Part shown: positions 30,583 through 42,572 of the stretch, piece by piece
Layout of the letters: every line of letters begins with the position of its first letter
Position numbering within the stretch: the first letter of the stretch is position 1
Source: Arenicellales bacterium
Lineage (GTDB): Bacteria; Pseudomonadota; Gammaproteobacteria; Arenicellales; JAOTWM01
DNA: 62,721 nucleotides
Reading direction: 5' to 3'
Assembly: GCA_964194565.1 (NCBI GenBank)
Contig: CAXMMZ010000155.1
Location: forward strand, 1-62,721
Position numbers and translations under genes: made by a program
The notes under the pieces: generated by a model
What the model saw: only the letters and a program-made list of their open reading frames with translations
Told to the model about the DNA's origin: nothing
The model's database searches: none

Positions 30583-31263
30583 CTACAGCTCATCCTCGGA
30601 GAGTACATCGACGCCTGTCGGCGGCGTGAACTCGAATATCTGATCGTTGATCACCGGGTTTTCAAGCATCTTCCGTAAAGTAATCCGTGTGGTTTGTCCA
30701 AAACCATCTACAAGCTCCAATACCCGCAACTGACCGTGATCAAAACCTAATCGAATATCGTCGAAACTCGAATCATCGGATTGCTTCGGACTCAAGCGCA
30801 CCCAATTCGAAGCACCTTGAATACCGAGGTCGTGAATATCATAGGTTTCCGCGAGCTTGCCACGCCCTGCCAGCAACACCGCCGGCGTATTGCCCATGGC
30901 CGCCGCCATATTCCGAACTGTCACTTGCTCTAAATCGATGTCGTAGATCCAGACTTTGGCGCCGTCGCCGATAATCTGCTGCTCAAACGGCGCCGCGTAA
31001 TCCCAGCGAAACTTATTGGGTCGAACAATCGTGACCCGGCCGCTGCTTTCTTCGAGGGTGATGAAATCTTCATCCAGGATAACCTGATCAAACTCCGCCT
31101 CGAATGTACTGATCTCGGTAAAAAATCGCTGCAGATCATCTAGCGCATTCGCGGATCCAAGTGACGAATACAACAATAATCCCAGCAGCAACATCGAGCC
31201 GAGTTCGCGACTGCGATGCGGCCGATTACGACCACAATGATATTTACCGTGAGTTATCAGCAT
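30583..31263 (-). CDS. lolA: outer-membrane lipoprotein carrier protein
   Basis: Signal peptide ...MLLLGLLLYSSLGSANA, then LQRFFTEISTFEAEFDQ. It follows ftsK as in E. coli. I chose the ATG at 31263 because it lies downstream of the ftsK stop. Confidence 0.85.
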   Translation of the reverse strand: MLITHGKYHCGRNRPHRSRELGSMLLLGLLLYSSLGSANALDDLQRFFTEISTFEAEFDQVILDEDFITLEESSGRVTIVRPNKFRWDYAAPFEQQIIGDGAKVWIYDIDLEQVTVRNMAAAMGNTPAVLLAGRGKLAETYDIHDLGIQGASNWVRLSPKQSDDSSFDDIRLGFDHGQLRVLELVDGFGQTTRITLRKMLENPVINDQIFEFTPPTGVDVLSEDEL

Positions 31264-31279
31264 TTCAGCGCAGTCAGCG

Positions 31280-33580
31280 TTAGTCACTCGGTGGAGGCGG
31301 CGCCAACACTTCGCGGCGACCATTGGACTCCAACGGCCCTACGGCACCCGCTTGTTCCATCGCCTCGATCATTCGCGCGGCACGGTTATATCCGACTCTA
31401 AGCTGCCGTTGCACGGCGGAAATCGACGCTCGGCGGGTTTCGGTGACCAACTGGAGGGCTCGGTCGTAAAGCGGATCCTGCTCACCCCCAGGCCCGTCGC
31501 CCACCGCCTCGACGCTCGAAGTCCCAGCAGTCAGGCTGGCATCCAATACTGCGTCATCGTACTCCGGTGCGCGGGATTGCTTAAGTTGGTCAACCACTTG
31601 GTGCACTTCGTCGTCGGCCACAAACGATCCGTGCACCCGCATCGGTATGCCACTCCCGGGTGGCAAAAATAGCATATCGCCTTGCCCTAAGAGCTGCTCG
31701 GCGCCCATCTGGTCGAGAATCGTCCGGGAATCCACCCGCGACGACACTTGGAATGCGATTCGAGTCGGCACGTTTGCCTTCAGGAGCCCGGTAATCACAT
31801 CGACCGAGGGCCGTTGGGTGGCGAGGATCAGGTGAATCCCTGCGGCACGAGCTCGCTGTGCAATACGCGTCACTAGCTCCTCGATCTTTTTTCCCATCGA
31901 CATCATGAGATCCGCCAGTTCGTCGATAATCACGACAATATAATGGAACGGTTGCAGCGGCTCCGCCTGCTCCGGTTCCTCGGCTAACGGATTCATAATG
32001 GGGTTACTCTCCTGGATCGCGATTTTTATCTTCCGGTTGTAGCCCGATATATTGCGAACTCCCAATGCGGCCATAAGCCGGTAGCGGCGTTCCATTTCTA
32101 CTATGCACCAACGCAGTGCGGTGGCCGCTTCGCTCATGTCGGTGACCACCGGCGCGAGCAAATGTGGAATGCCCTCGTAGATCGCTAACTCCAGCATTTT
32201 TGGATCGATCATGATGAGGCGCACGTCGTCGGGCGTAGATTTATAGAGAATGCTGAGGATCAGCGCGTTTACGCAGACCGACTTACCGGCACCAGTGGTA
32301 CCAGCGATGAGCAAATGTGGCATTTTGCACAGATCCGCTATTACCGGTGCACCACCGATGTCCTTACCGAGCACCAACGCCAGCGGGGTATTGGCCTCTT
32401 CGTAGGCGGCCGACGACAATCCCTCCACCAAGCGCACTGTTTCGCGGTTTTCATTCGGGATTTCGATACCCACGAACGATTTTCCAGGAATATTTTCTAC
32501 CACGCGGACGCTCACCGTCGACAGCGCGCGTGCGAGGTCGCGCGCCAAACCCGTAATTTGGCTGGCTTTCACGCCTGGAGCCGGTTCCACTTCGAAACGC
32601 GTAATCACCGGTCCCGGGTGCACGGCTTCGATACGCACATCGACATTAAAATCGTGCAGCTTCTTCTCAAGCAACCGCGACATCGCCTCCAACGATTCGG
32701 TTGAGAACCCGGATTGATGGGCAACCGGTGCCTCCAACAATGACAACGTCGGCCGCACATCGACCCGATCGTCAAACAACGCTGACTGCCTTTCGCGTTC
32801 GTGCCTCACACTGGGTTGCGCCTTCGGCGGGACAATGTGTGGTTCAATTCGAGGCGGCTTCTGGATCTCCTGTTTGTCGCGTATTTCCGCGATCGCACCT
32901 TGCCGTTCACGCCGGGCCCGCGTACCTGCGATTAAATCCAAGCCGCGTATGCACTGCACGCGCAGAAACTCGTACGCGTCAAACACACCCTTTCCAAGCT
33001 GGTCCATCAACCGGAACCACGACAACCCAGTAAACCAGGTGATTCCACAGATAAATATCGTAAGCAGGATCACCGTCGCCCCGGCAAGCCCGAATGCCAC
33101 GCCCAAAAACTCGTTAGTACCGTCACCCACCGCACCCCCGGGCGCAAACGGCATATCCGCCGCCATCTCGGCAAAATGCAGGTTTTCGATACCACAGCCC
33201 CCAATAATTGTGAGCGCGAAACCTGCGGCCCCGACGAGGCGGCGCTGGATGCTCACGTCCGAGCGGTGCCGCTGTTGGTAATTCCGCCAACCCGCCACCC
33301 CGATCAGTAGCGGAAACAGAAAAGCGACGTAGCCAAAACCGTGCAGGCTTAGGTCCGCAAACCAAGCTCCAAATCCGCCCCCTAGATTGCTGACCTGCCC
33401 ACTATTTCCCGTGTGCGACCAACCGGGATCGGTCGGCGAGTACGATACCAGTGCGATAAAAATATAGACCGCGATCGCACCGAGAATAAACAGTGAAGTT
33501 TCCCGCGCTACCGCGATAAATCGGGGAGAGAGACCCCTAGGTCGGACGCTGGAGTCGGGTTGCCTACGTGCCTGTGCCAC
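31280..33580 (-). CDS. ftsK: DNA translocase FtsK
   Basis: 766 aa. N-terminal TM domain, a linker, a motor with Walker A IAGTTGAGKSV, and a C-terminal gamma wHTH (ASISAVQRQLRVGYNRAARMIE). Confidence 0.95.
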   Translation of the reverse strand: MAQARRQPDSSVRPRGLSPRFIAVARETSLFILGAIAVYIFIALVSYSPTDPGWSHTGNSGQVSNLGGGFGAWFADLSLHGFGYVAFLFPLLIGVAGWRNYQQRHRSDVSIQRRLVGAAGFALTIIGGCGIENLHFAEMAADMPFAPGGAVGDGTNEFLGVAFGLAGATVILLTIFICGITWFTGLSWFRLMDQLGKGVFDAYEFLRVQCIRGLDLIAGTRARRERQGAIAEIRDKQEIQKPPRIEPHIVPPKAQPSVRHERERQSALFDDRVDVRPTLSLLEAPVAHQSGFSTESLEAMSRLLEKKLHDFNVDVRIEAVHPGPVITRFEVEPAPGVKASQITGLARDLARALSTVSVRVVENIPGKSFVGIEIPNENRETVRLVEGLSSAAYEEANTPLALVLGKDIGGAPVIADLCKMPHLLIAGTTGAGKSVCVNALILSILYKSTPDDVRLIMIDPKMLELAIYEGIPHLLAPVVTDMSEAATALRWCIVEMERRYRLMAALGVRNISGYNRKIKIAIQESNPIMNPLAEEPEQAEPLQPFHYIVVIIDELADLMMSMGKKIEELVTRIAQRARAAGIHLILATQRPSVDVITGLLKANVPTRIAFQVSSRVDSRTILDQMGAEQLLGQGDMLFLPPGSGIPMRVHGSFVADDEVHQVVDQLKQSRAPEYDDAVLDASLTAGTSSVEAVGDGPGGEQDPLYDRALQLVTETRRASISAVQRQLRVGYNRAARMIEAMEQAGAVGPLESNGRREVLAPPPPSD

Positions 33581-33763
33581 GATGGACGCTATCCGTTTGA
33601 CGGCTGTGCCCCTCGAGGCACCGTCCGCAGCCAGAGTTGGGGGTAAAAATAGGGATTTTTGCGCTGCATGAGTCGATGTCGTACCATAATTAAGTAACCC
33701 CTATAAAATCAATAGGCGACGCGTCCCGCGATGATAATTTTGTTCGCCGCGGCGGCCGATTGA

Positions 33764-35366
<1,603 letters not shown>

Positions 35367-35588
35367 TTTGCGTTTCGACCACACCACCGCCGTTCCGCGC
35401 GACGGTCACCGTTGTCCACATAGCTCTCGCCACGCACCATAAATGATTCTACCGGTGTCAACAGTCACAGCGCGCCATTTCGCCTGGGGTGGCGTACAAC
35501 CGGAGTCCCACGCCGGCTCAGCACGAACAAACAAAACATTGCGTGCTGATACCTTTGCGCTCGATCTGCCGGGTCAACGCGCAATGCA

Positions 35589-38500
35589 ATGCTAGCTCCA
35601 ACTACCGATAACTCTCCGCTCGCCCCGCCCATCGCGTCTTCGCCGGAGCATCCGATGGTATGGCAGCGACTGCTTGGCAGCAGTCGAAGTCTTGCGATCT
35701 ATTCGGCCGCTTGCACCGACCCCGTCATCGTCGTGACTACGGATGATCGGCACGCGCAACTGATTGAAATGGAACTCCGCTTTTACGCGGATTCCACCAT
35801 GCCTACGACGATTCGGCATTTTCCAGATTGGGAATGCTTACCTTACGATAATTTTTCCCCGCACCAAGACATCATCTCTGAGCGCCTGCGTATTTTGCGC
35901 GAATTGCCTTCGCTCGACAAAGGTATCGTCGTACTCGCCGCGGCCAACCTCATGCAACGGTTGCCACCTCGGGAGTACGTGCTGGCACACACATTTGCGA
36001 TGGCCGTCGGGGATACTGTCAGACCGCACGAACTACGACTGCGCCTCGAAAAATCGGCCTATTATTCCGTTAGTCAGGTGCAGGCGCCCGGTGAGTTTGC
36101 GGTGCGCGGTGGTGTTATCGACATTTTTGCCAGCGGTAGCAATCAACCGTTTCGGCTTGACCTTTTCGATGATCGTGTCGAGTCCATTCACTATTTCGAC
36201 CCCGAAACGCAACGCTCCATTGGTACGGTATCGCAAATCGAGTTGTTACCGGCCCGTGAGTTCCCGGTGCACCCGGAAGCCGTCCGCGATTTTCGCAGTC
36301 GGTTTCGGCGCCGCTTCGATGGCGACCCGCACAAACAAAGAATTTACATGGGCGTATCGGAAGGACATCTGCCCGCCGGGGTCGAATTCTATTTACCGCT
36401 GTTTTTCGACAACACGGCAACACTGTTTGATTATGTACCGGACTCCAGCGTCTTTATTATTGAAGGTGATGTCACCGATGCCGCCAATCGCTACGAGTCA
36501 CAAGTCATGGAACGTTATGAATCGGCGCAGGTCGACCGAGAAAACGCGGTGCTGTCGCCACCGGAACTCTACCTTTCCGGCTCTGATCTGACTACACGAC
36601 TACAGTCATGGCGACGAATTCTGATCGCTCCCGGCCAAGTCGATAACATTACACCACAGACGTTCGCAACGAGCCTTGCCCCCAACTTGGTGGCGGATCC
36701 GAAATCCGGCTCCCCATACGAAAAGTTAGTTCAGTACCTTACCGACACCCCGAACCGAGTACTGCTGGCAGCCGAAACAACCGGGCGGCGGGAAGTATTG
36801 CAAAGCGTATTGCACGAACACGGTATCGATCCACAACCCTGCGCATCGTGGCACGAATTTCTGCTTCAGGAAATTCCAGTCGCGGTAACAGTAGCCGAGC
36901 TTGAACGCGGTGCTGTGTTGGCGAACCCGGCCATCGCGGTGATAGCCGAGAACGAGGTCTACGGCGAACAAGTCTATCAGCGCAGACGGCGGCGTGGCTC
37001 GAAAGTCGACCCCGAAGCCGTTATTCGTTCGCTGGCTGAACTTAAGCCGACTGATCCAGTAGTACATACGGTACATGGCGTCGGCCGTTACGTAGGGCTT
37101 CAAACTCTGGATATCGAAGGTGAGCCCACAGAATTTCTGACTCTGAAATACCAAGGCGATGACAAACTCTATGTCCCTGTGTTGTCGCTGCATCTGATCA
37201 GCCGGTACATAGGCGTCGATTCGGAACACGCGCCTCTGCATAAACTCGGTACTGACACCTGGGCCAGGGCGACCCGTCGTGCTCGCGAGAAAGCTTATGA
37301 TGTGGCCGCAGAATTGTTGGAAGTAGAAGCCCTAAGGAACGCGAGAAATGGTATCGCCCACTCCGTTCCGATGCCGGAATATCATTCCTTCGCCGCAGGC
37401 TTTCCGTTCGAAGAGACGCCGGACCAAACTCAGGTACTGGAGGAAGTTTTGGCCGATATGGTCACCGATCGCCCTATGGATCGACTGGTATGTGGGGACG
37501 TCGGTTTCGGAAAGACTGAAATCGCACTGCGCGCCGCATTTGTTGCTGTGTATAACGGTACGCAGGTCATAATCTTGGCGCCCACTACCCTGCTTGCGCG
37601 GCAGCACCACGAAGTGTTTCGAGATCGGTTCGCGGAATCAGCGGTCCGAATTGACGCATTATCTCGATTTCAGAGTAAATCCGAGCAAGCCGAGACGATC
37701 GCGGCATTAACTGCAGGAAGAGTGGACATCGCAATCGGCACCCATCGCCTACTGCAACCCGATGTCAAACTTCGCAATCTCGGATTAATAATTATCGACG
37801 AAGAACACCGCTTTGGAGTGCGACAGAAAGAACGCCTCAAACGTCTACGCGGAGAAGTCGATATTCTGACATTGACTGCAACGCCAATACCACGCACCTT
37901 GAACATGGCGATGGCCGGGCTGCGCTCGATATCAATCATTGCAACGCCGCCACGTCAGCGCCTATCGATAAAAACATTCGTCAGAAATTGGAACAAAGGA
38001 TTAATCCGGGAAGCCTGCTTACGGGAAATCCGCCGGGGCGGTCAAATTTACTTCCTGCATAACGATGTCCGTAGCATTTCCCGAACTGCCGAGGAATTGC
38101 AAAAGCTAATGCCTGAGGGGCGTATCCAGATTGCGCACGGGCAAATGTCAGAGCGCGAGCTCGAATCTACCATGCAGGAGTTCTACCACCAGCGATTTGA
38201 TATGCTGGTGTGCACCACCATCATTGAGAGTGGTATCGATGTTCCCGCCGCCAACACCATTGTTATCAATCGCGCCGATCGGTTCGGACTCGCCCAGCTT
38301 CATCAACTCCGCGGCCGCGTCGGCCGCTCTCACCATCAGGCCTATGCATACCTTCTGGTGGCTGACCGTCGCACCATTACCACCGAAGCCGAACGGCGAT
38401 TATCCGCTATTGAATCTATGGAAGACTTGGGCGCGGGGTTTACATTAGCATCCCATGATCTGGAAATCCGCGGTGCCGGCGAGCTTCTCGGAGAATCCCA

Positions 38501-39071
38501 AAGCGGACTCATCGATGAGGTCGGTTTCACCGTTTATAGTGACTACCTGCAACGCGCTATTCAAGCGTTACGCGAGAATCCTTCCGCTTCCCGCGAATGG
38601 GTCGGCGAGGATGCGGCTCACACCCATTTAGAGCTGAATTTTCATACCGCGACGCTGTTTCCCGAGGATTATTTGCCCGACGTTCATACCCGCCTGATCA
38701 TGTATAAACGTATCGCCAGTGCCCGCAATGCCGATGAGCTCAGAGAGTTACAGGTTGAGGCCGTCGACCGATTCGGATTGTTGCCGGCTGCTGCCAAAGC
38801 GCTATTCGCCGTATCGGAGATTAAACTCCGCGCGGCGCCTCTCGGCATTAAAGCGATAGATATCGGCGAATCCGGCGGCAAGATTAAGTTCGTGGCGGAC
38901 CCCAATATCGACCCGCTCGCCATTGTTGAACTAATCCAATCGCGTCCGCAGGATTACCGGATGCAGGGTCCCACCCAGTTGCGGATCACATTGACGCTAC
39001 CGGAATTTCAACAACGCATCACGTTATGCCATGATTTGCTGGATCGTTTGGGCGGTTCGATCGAACACTAG
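35589..39071 (+). CDS. mfd: transcription-repair coupling factor
   Basis: 1160 aa. UvrB-homology N-terminus, an RNAP-interaction domain, an SF2 translocase (GDVGFGKTE, IIDEEHRFG), and a TRG/C-terminal domain. Confidence 0.95.
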   Translation: MLAPTTDNSPLAPPIASSPEHPMVWQRLLGSSRSLAIYSAACTDPVIVVTTDDRHAQLIEMELRFYADSTMPTTIRHFPDWECLPYDNFSPHQDIISERLRILRELPSLDKGIVVLAAANLMQRLPPREYVLAHTFAMAVGDTVRPHELRLRLEKSAYYSVSQVQAPGEFAVRGGVIDIFASGSNQPFRLDLFDDRVESIHYFDPETQRSIGTVSQIELLPAREFPVHPEAVRDFRSRFRRRFDGDPHKQRIYMGVSEGHLPAGVEFYLPLFFDNTATLFDYVPDSSVFIIEGDVTDAANRYESQVMERYESAQVDRENAVLSPPELYLSGSDLTTRLQSWRRILIAPGQVDNITPQTFATSLAPNLVADPKSGSPYEKLVQYLTDTPNRVLLAAETTGRREVLQSVLHEHGIDPQPCASWHEFLLQEIPVAVTVAELERGAVLANPAIAVIAENEVYGEQVYQRRRRRGSKVDPEAVIRSLAELKPTDPVVHTVHGVGRYVGLQTLDIEGEPTEFLTLKYQGDDKLYVPVLSLHLISRYIGVDSEHAPLHKLGTDTWARATRRAREKAYDVAAELLEVEALRNARNGIAHSVPMPEYHSFAAGFPFEETPDQTQVLEEVLADMVTDRPMDRLVCGDVGFGKTEIALRAAFVAVYNGTQVIILAPTTLLARQHHEVFRDRFAESAVRIDALSRFQSKSEQAETIAALTAGRVDIAIGTHRLLQPDVKLRNLGLIIIDEEHRFGVRQKERLKRLRGEVDILTLTATPIPRTLNMAMAGLRSISIIATPPRQRLSIKTFVRNWNKGLIREACLREIRRGGQIYFLHNDVRSISRTAEELQKLMPEGRIQIAHGQMSERELESTMQEFYHQRFDMLVCTTIIESGIDVPAANTIVINRADRFGLAQLHQLRGRVGRSHHQAYAYLLVADRRTITTEAERRLSAIESMEDLGAGFTLASHDLEIRGAGELLGESQSGLIDEVGFTVYSDYLQRAIQALRENPSASREWVGEDAAHTHLELNFHTATLFPEDYLPDVHTRLIMYKRIASARNADELRELQVEAVDRFGLLPAAAKALFAVSEIKLRAAPLGIKAIDIGESGGKIKFVADPNIDPLAIVELIQSRPQDYRMQGPTQLRITLTLPEFQQRITLCHDLLDRLGGSIEH

Positions 39072-39085
39072 GGCCGCCCGCATAC

Positions 39086-39625
39086 CTACTCCGACTTGAG
39101 GTCGGCATCGCCCTCAGCCCATAGTTCCTGTTCATAGCCGAAGTTGCGCATATCGGTAATCCGCATCGGATACAATATACCGTCCAGATGATCACACTCG
39201 TGCTGCACCACCCGGGCATGAAATCCCGCGGTTTCGCGCTGCATTGTCGAGCCATCGGCCTGCAGTCCACGATAACGGATTTGCGTATAGCGATTCACTA
39301 ATCCTCGCATTCCAGGAACGCTTAAGCACCCTTCCCAATCGGCCTCGGTTGCATAGGATACGACCTCGATTTCAGGATTAATTAGTACCGTAAATGGAAC
39401 CGGCTCGGCGTCAGGGTAGCGCGGATTCGACTCCACTTCGAAGATCACAACTCGCTGGTTTATCCCGATCTGAGGTGCTGCGAGCCCAGCGCCATCCAGC
39501 GCCCGCATCGTGTCCACCATATCGCGGATCGTCTCGTCGAGAGCGGGGATCTGTGATTCCGGTACCGCGTCGGCTTGCCGCAGTAGCTGCGGGTCCCCCA
39601 TTACTAACACTGGGCGTACTGCCAT
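39086..39625 (-). CDS. def: peptide deformylase
   Basis: 179 aa with motifs GAGLAAPQIG, EGCLSVPG and HECDHLDG. It is not followed by fmt. Confidence 0.9.
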   Translation of the reverse strand: MAVRPVLVMGDPQLLRQADAVPESQIPALDETIRDMVDTMRALDGAGLAAPQIGINQRVVIFEVESNPRYPDAEPVPFTVLINPEIEVVSYATEADWEGCLSVPGMRGLVNRYTQIRYRGLQADGSTMQRETAGFHARVVQHECDHLDGILYPMRITDMRNFGYEQELWAEGDADLKSE

Positions 39626-39684
39626 CTATCTCACCTCGATTTGAATCATCGGCTCTGACATACTACTGGTACTCTAGCAAATTT

Positions 39685-40362
39685 ATGTTAGCGGATGCAG
39701 CGACCCGAACAGCGAAAAGAATGCTACTGATACCATCGATTCTGCAACGGAGTTGCCGACGGCGACTAGTCACACTTGCGGCGTTAGGGATTGCGTTGTT
39801 ATGGGCGCCGGTACTATGGGCTGATGCCTATACGGTCGAACTCGTCGTGTTCGAATCCAAAACTACGACCAATGATGAGACCTGGACGCCGCGCCAACTG
39901 CTCGAACTCGAACATAAGGGGCCGTTGCGTCAATCTACATCGGAGCCCGATACCGCCGTCGATTTCGTCGCGGTACAGCGCCTGAACGACGTATTGTCGA
40001 TTCTACAAGAGAACCCTGGCTATCGTGTTCTTAGTTATGCGGCTTGGATTCAAGAAGCCGTGGAGAAGTCTGCGGCGCCGGTGGTTCCAGTAGTGCCACG
40101 CCTAAGCGCAGACTCGCCGAGTGGTGAATTTAGCGGGGCCGCCAAATTTTACAAAGGAACCTTTCTCCAGATTGAGCTCAATCTAAAATTGCAACCGGTA
40201 ATTACCAGTGTTACGCAATCGGGCGATCTCGCCGACGTCTATCGCCAACGCTTGCTACCCGAGGAACACGTGCTGGTCGAACGCCGCCGTGTTCGTTTGA
40301 ACGAGGTACACTACTTCGATCATCCGCGGCTCGGCGCGATCGTCACGGTATGGCGCCCGTAA
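39685..40362 (+). CDS. CsiV-like (DUF2803) periplasmic peptidoglycan-binding protein
   Basis: Signal peptide MLLIPS...LAALGIALLWAPVLWADA, then YTVELVVFES near the N-terminus and RRRVRLNEVHYFDHPRLGAIVTVWRP at the C-terminus, as I recall for the CsiV family. The start is ATG 39685 or 39721. The ORF-track N-extension overlaps def on the other strand. Confidence 0.6.
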   Translation: MLADAATRTAKRMLLIPSILQRSCRRRLVTLAALGIALLWAPVLWADAYTVELVVFESKTTTNDETWTPRQLLELEHKGPLRQSTSEPDTAVDFVAVQRLNDVLSILQENPGYRVLSYAAWIQEAVEKSAAPVVPVVPRLSADSPSGEFSGAAKFYKGTFLQIELNLKLQPVITSVTQSGDLADVYRQRLLPEEHVLVERRRVRLNEVHYFDHPRLGAIVTVWRP

Positions 40363-40367
40363 CAGGT

Positions 40368-41123
40368 TTAGCTTTCCAGGCGGCTCAAAACTTCTGGCAA
40401 CAGCTGGTGCACTTTGTCCATGCCTACTTGTAGTACATTGTATATTGATTCCATCGTTAATGCGGCTTCACCGCGCCCGGCCGCCGGATTCGAGATAACC
40501 GCAATGGTTGCGTAGTTCAACTCAATTTCCCGCGCCAACGCGGCTTCCGGCATTCCAGTCATGCCGACCACATCCGCACCATCACGCTCCAAACGGTCTA
40601 TCTCAGCCGCGGTTTCGAGCCGCGGGCCCTGGGTCGCTGCATAGGTACAACGACTGCTCACCGACAAACTCGTCGCCACAGCCGATGCTATGAGTTGTGC
40701 GCGCAGTGTTTCACAATACGGTGAGCTGAAATCAACATGTAATACCGATGTACTGCGGTCGTCACAAAAAGTATGATCACGAGAATGCGTGTAATCAAGG
40801 ATCTGATCCGGAAATACCAGCCCGCTTACTTCTAAGTCCGATCGTATCGCACCAACCGCCGCAACCGCGATCACGGTATCGACTCCGGCTTCTTTTAAAC
40901 CCCAAAGATTGGCGCGATAGTTCACCAGGTGAGGCGGAATACGGTGACCTTGGCCATGCCGTGCAAGAAACATCACCTCGTGATCAATAAATTCGCCTTC
41001 AATGAGGGGGCCAGACGGCTCGCCGTAGGGCGTGCGCACTACCCGACGCGTGCGCACGCGAAATCCATTAAGTTTGGCGAGGCCACTGCCTCCAATAACG
41101 GCTACCCTGGCCATTACGGGCAT
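40368..41123 (-). CDS. S-methyl-5'-thioadenosine/thioinosine phosphorylase (PNP family 2)
   Basis: 251 aa. VAVIGGSGL...TPYGEPSG...FLARHGQGHRIPPHLVNYRANLWGLKEAGV...GADVVGMTGMPEA. Confidence 0.8.
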   Translation of the reverse strand: MPVMARVAVIGGSGLAKLNGFRVRTRRVVRTPYGEPSGPLIEGEFIDHEVMFLARHGQGHRIPPHLVNYRANLWGLKEAGVDTVIAVAAVGAIRSDLEVSGLVFPDQILDYTHSRDHTFCDDRSTSVLHVDFSSPYCETLRAQLIASAVATSLSVSSRCTYAATQGPRLETAAEIDRLERDGADVVGMTGMPEAALAREIELNYATIAVISNPAAGRGEAALTMESIYNVLQVGMDKVHQLLPEVLSRLES

Positions 41124-41132
41124 GAGCCGTAT

Positions 41133-42569
41133 TCAAACACGGCCATACTTATCCTCGAAACGCACAATATCGTCTTCCCCGAAGTAGGTGCCGGTCTGGA
41201 CTTCGATGACTTGTAACGGTGTGATTCCGACGTTCTCGAGCTGATGTCTGGTGTCAACTGGAATATACGTGGATTCGCTCGCGTTCAACATGGTGATTCG
41301 GTCACCACAGGTTACCCGAGCTGTGCCACTCACAATCACCCAATGTTCCGATCGTTTATGATGAAGTTGCAAAGATATCTGCGCCCCCGGATTTAGAACC
41401 AATATTTTTACTTGGTAATTTTCGCCTTGATCCAGCCCTTGATATGAGCCCCATGGTCGCGGCACCTTCTTATGGCTGTGTATTTCTTCACGGCCAGATC
41501 GTTCCAGCGCCGCAACGATTTCCTTGACGTTCTGGATCTTGTCCTTATCGCCAACTAACACCGAATCGACAGTATCCACCACCACCGTGTTTTCAAGACC
41601 AACGGCCGCTACCAATCTGTGTTCAGCCCGTATATAGCTATTTGATACATCGGTTAATACCACATCGCCGTGTACAACATTTCCGTGTGAATCCCGTTCT
41701 GTGGCTTCCCAGATGCCGTTCCATGAACCAACGTCGCTCCAACCAGCGTTTAACTCGACCACAACTCGATTCTGGGCACCTTCCATCACTGCATAATCGA
41801 TCGATTCATTCGGGCAATTCAAGAAATCGGCCGAGCCGGGTCGCACGAAGTCTTGATCCGTAGTGCGATGCATTAATGCTGTTTCGATATGCCGAGTAAT
41901 ATTTGGGCGCTGTCGGCGTAGCTCAGCAACTAACAGAGAGGCGCGAAACATAAACATCCCGCTGTTCCAAAGATATTCACCATCCGTTATGTAGCGCTCG
42001 GCTGTAATCAAATCCGGTTTCTCCACGAATTCCCTAACCCCGTACACTTGGGCGTGGTCGTTCGATCCAGTTGCGCTCGCGTCTTTCCGGATATACCCAT
42101 AGCCGGTCTCGGGCCGAGTCGGCGTAATCCCGAACGTCACCAAAGCACCGTCTTGCGCATAAGCTAGTGCCGTTTCTATGCGGCGGTGAAACATCAGTAC
42201 ATCATTAATAATATGGTCCGCGGGCAAGGCCAGCAATATCGGGTCGTCCTTGTGACTGATGCACGATAACGCAACCAGTGCGATCGCCGGAGCAGTATTC
42301 CGTCCCTCGGGTTCGAGATAGATTGGTACGTTTCGGCATTCGATCGCCCGCAATTGCTCCGCCACCAAAAAACGATGTTCCTCGTTGCAGACTACCACCG
42401 GATCAGACGTAAGCGGACCGATACCTTTAAGGCGTCTCACCGTCGACTGGAGCAAGCTGTCTTCGTCGACTAATGCGTGGAACTGCTTCGGTTGCAAGCG
42501 CCGAGACAACGGCCACAGCCGTGTACCGGAACCCCCGCACAGGATTACCGGGATCAATGCATCACCCAT
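41133..42569 (-). CDS. manC: mannose-1-phosphate guanylyltransferase/mannose-6-phosphate isomerase
   Basis: 478 aa. N-terminal nucleotidyltransferase (ILCGGSGTRLWPLSR) plus a C-terminal cupin PMI domain (RPWGSY...HHKRSEHWVIVSGTA). Confidence 0.9.
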   Translation of the reverse strand: MGDALIPVILCGGSGTRLWPLSRRLQPKQFHALVDEDSLLQSTVRRLKGIGPLTSDPVVVCNEEHRFLVAEQLRAIECRNVPIYLEPEGRNTAPAIALVALSCISHKDDPILLALPADHIINDVLMFHRRIETALAYAQDGALVTFGITPTRPETGYGYIRKDASATGSNDHAQVYGVREFVEKPDLITAERYITDGEYLWNSGMFMFRASLLVAELRRQRPNITRHIETALMHRTTDQDFVRPGSADFLNCPNESIDYAVMEGAQNRVVVELNAGWSDVGSWNGIWEATERDSHGNVVHGDVVLTDVSNSYIRAEHRLVAAVGLENTVVVDTVDSVLVGDKDKIQNVKEIVAALERSGREEIHSHKKVPRPWGSYQGLDQGENYQVKILVLNPGAQISLQLHHKRSEHWVIVSGTARVTCGDRITMLNASESTYIPVDTRHQLENVGITPLQVIEVQTGTYFGEDDIVRFEDKYGRV

Positions 42570-42572
42570 AAT

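Noticed and set aside
35764-36591. 275-aa same-strand ORF in an alternative frame of mfd
   Set aside because: The translation is low-complexity and S/R/C/T-rich with no domain signature, and the overlapping frame is an unambiguous Mfd. Treated as a chance open frame.
39394-39684. N-terminal extension of the 322-aa ORF 39394-40362
   Set aside because: It overlaps def on the opposite strand and is R/S/P-rich. A proper signal peptide follows the internal ATGs at 39685/39721, so the gene was shortened.
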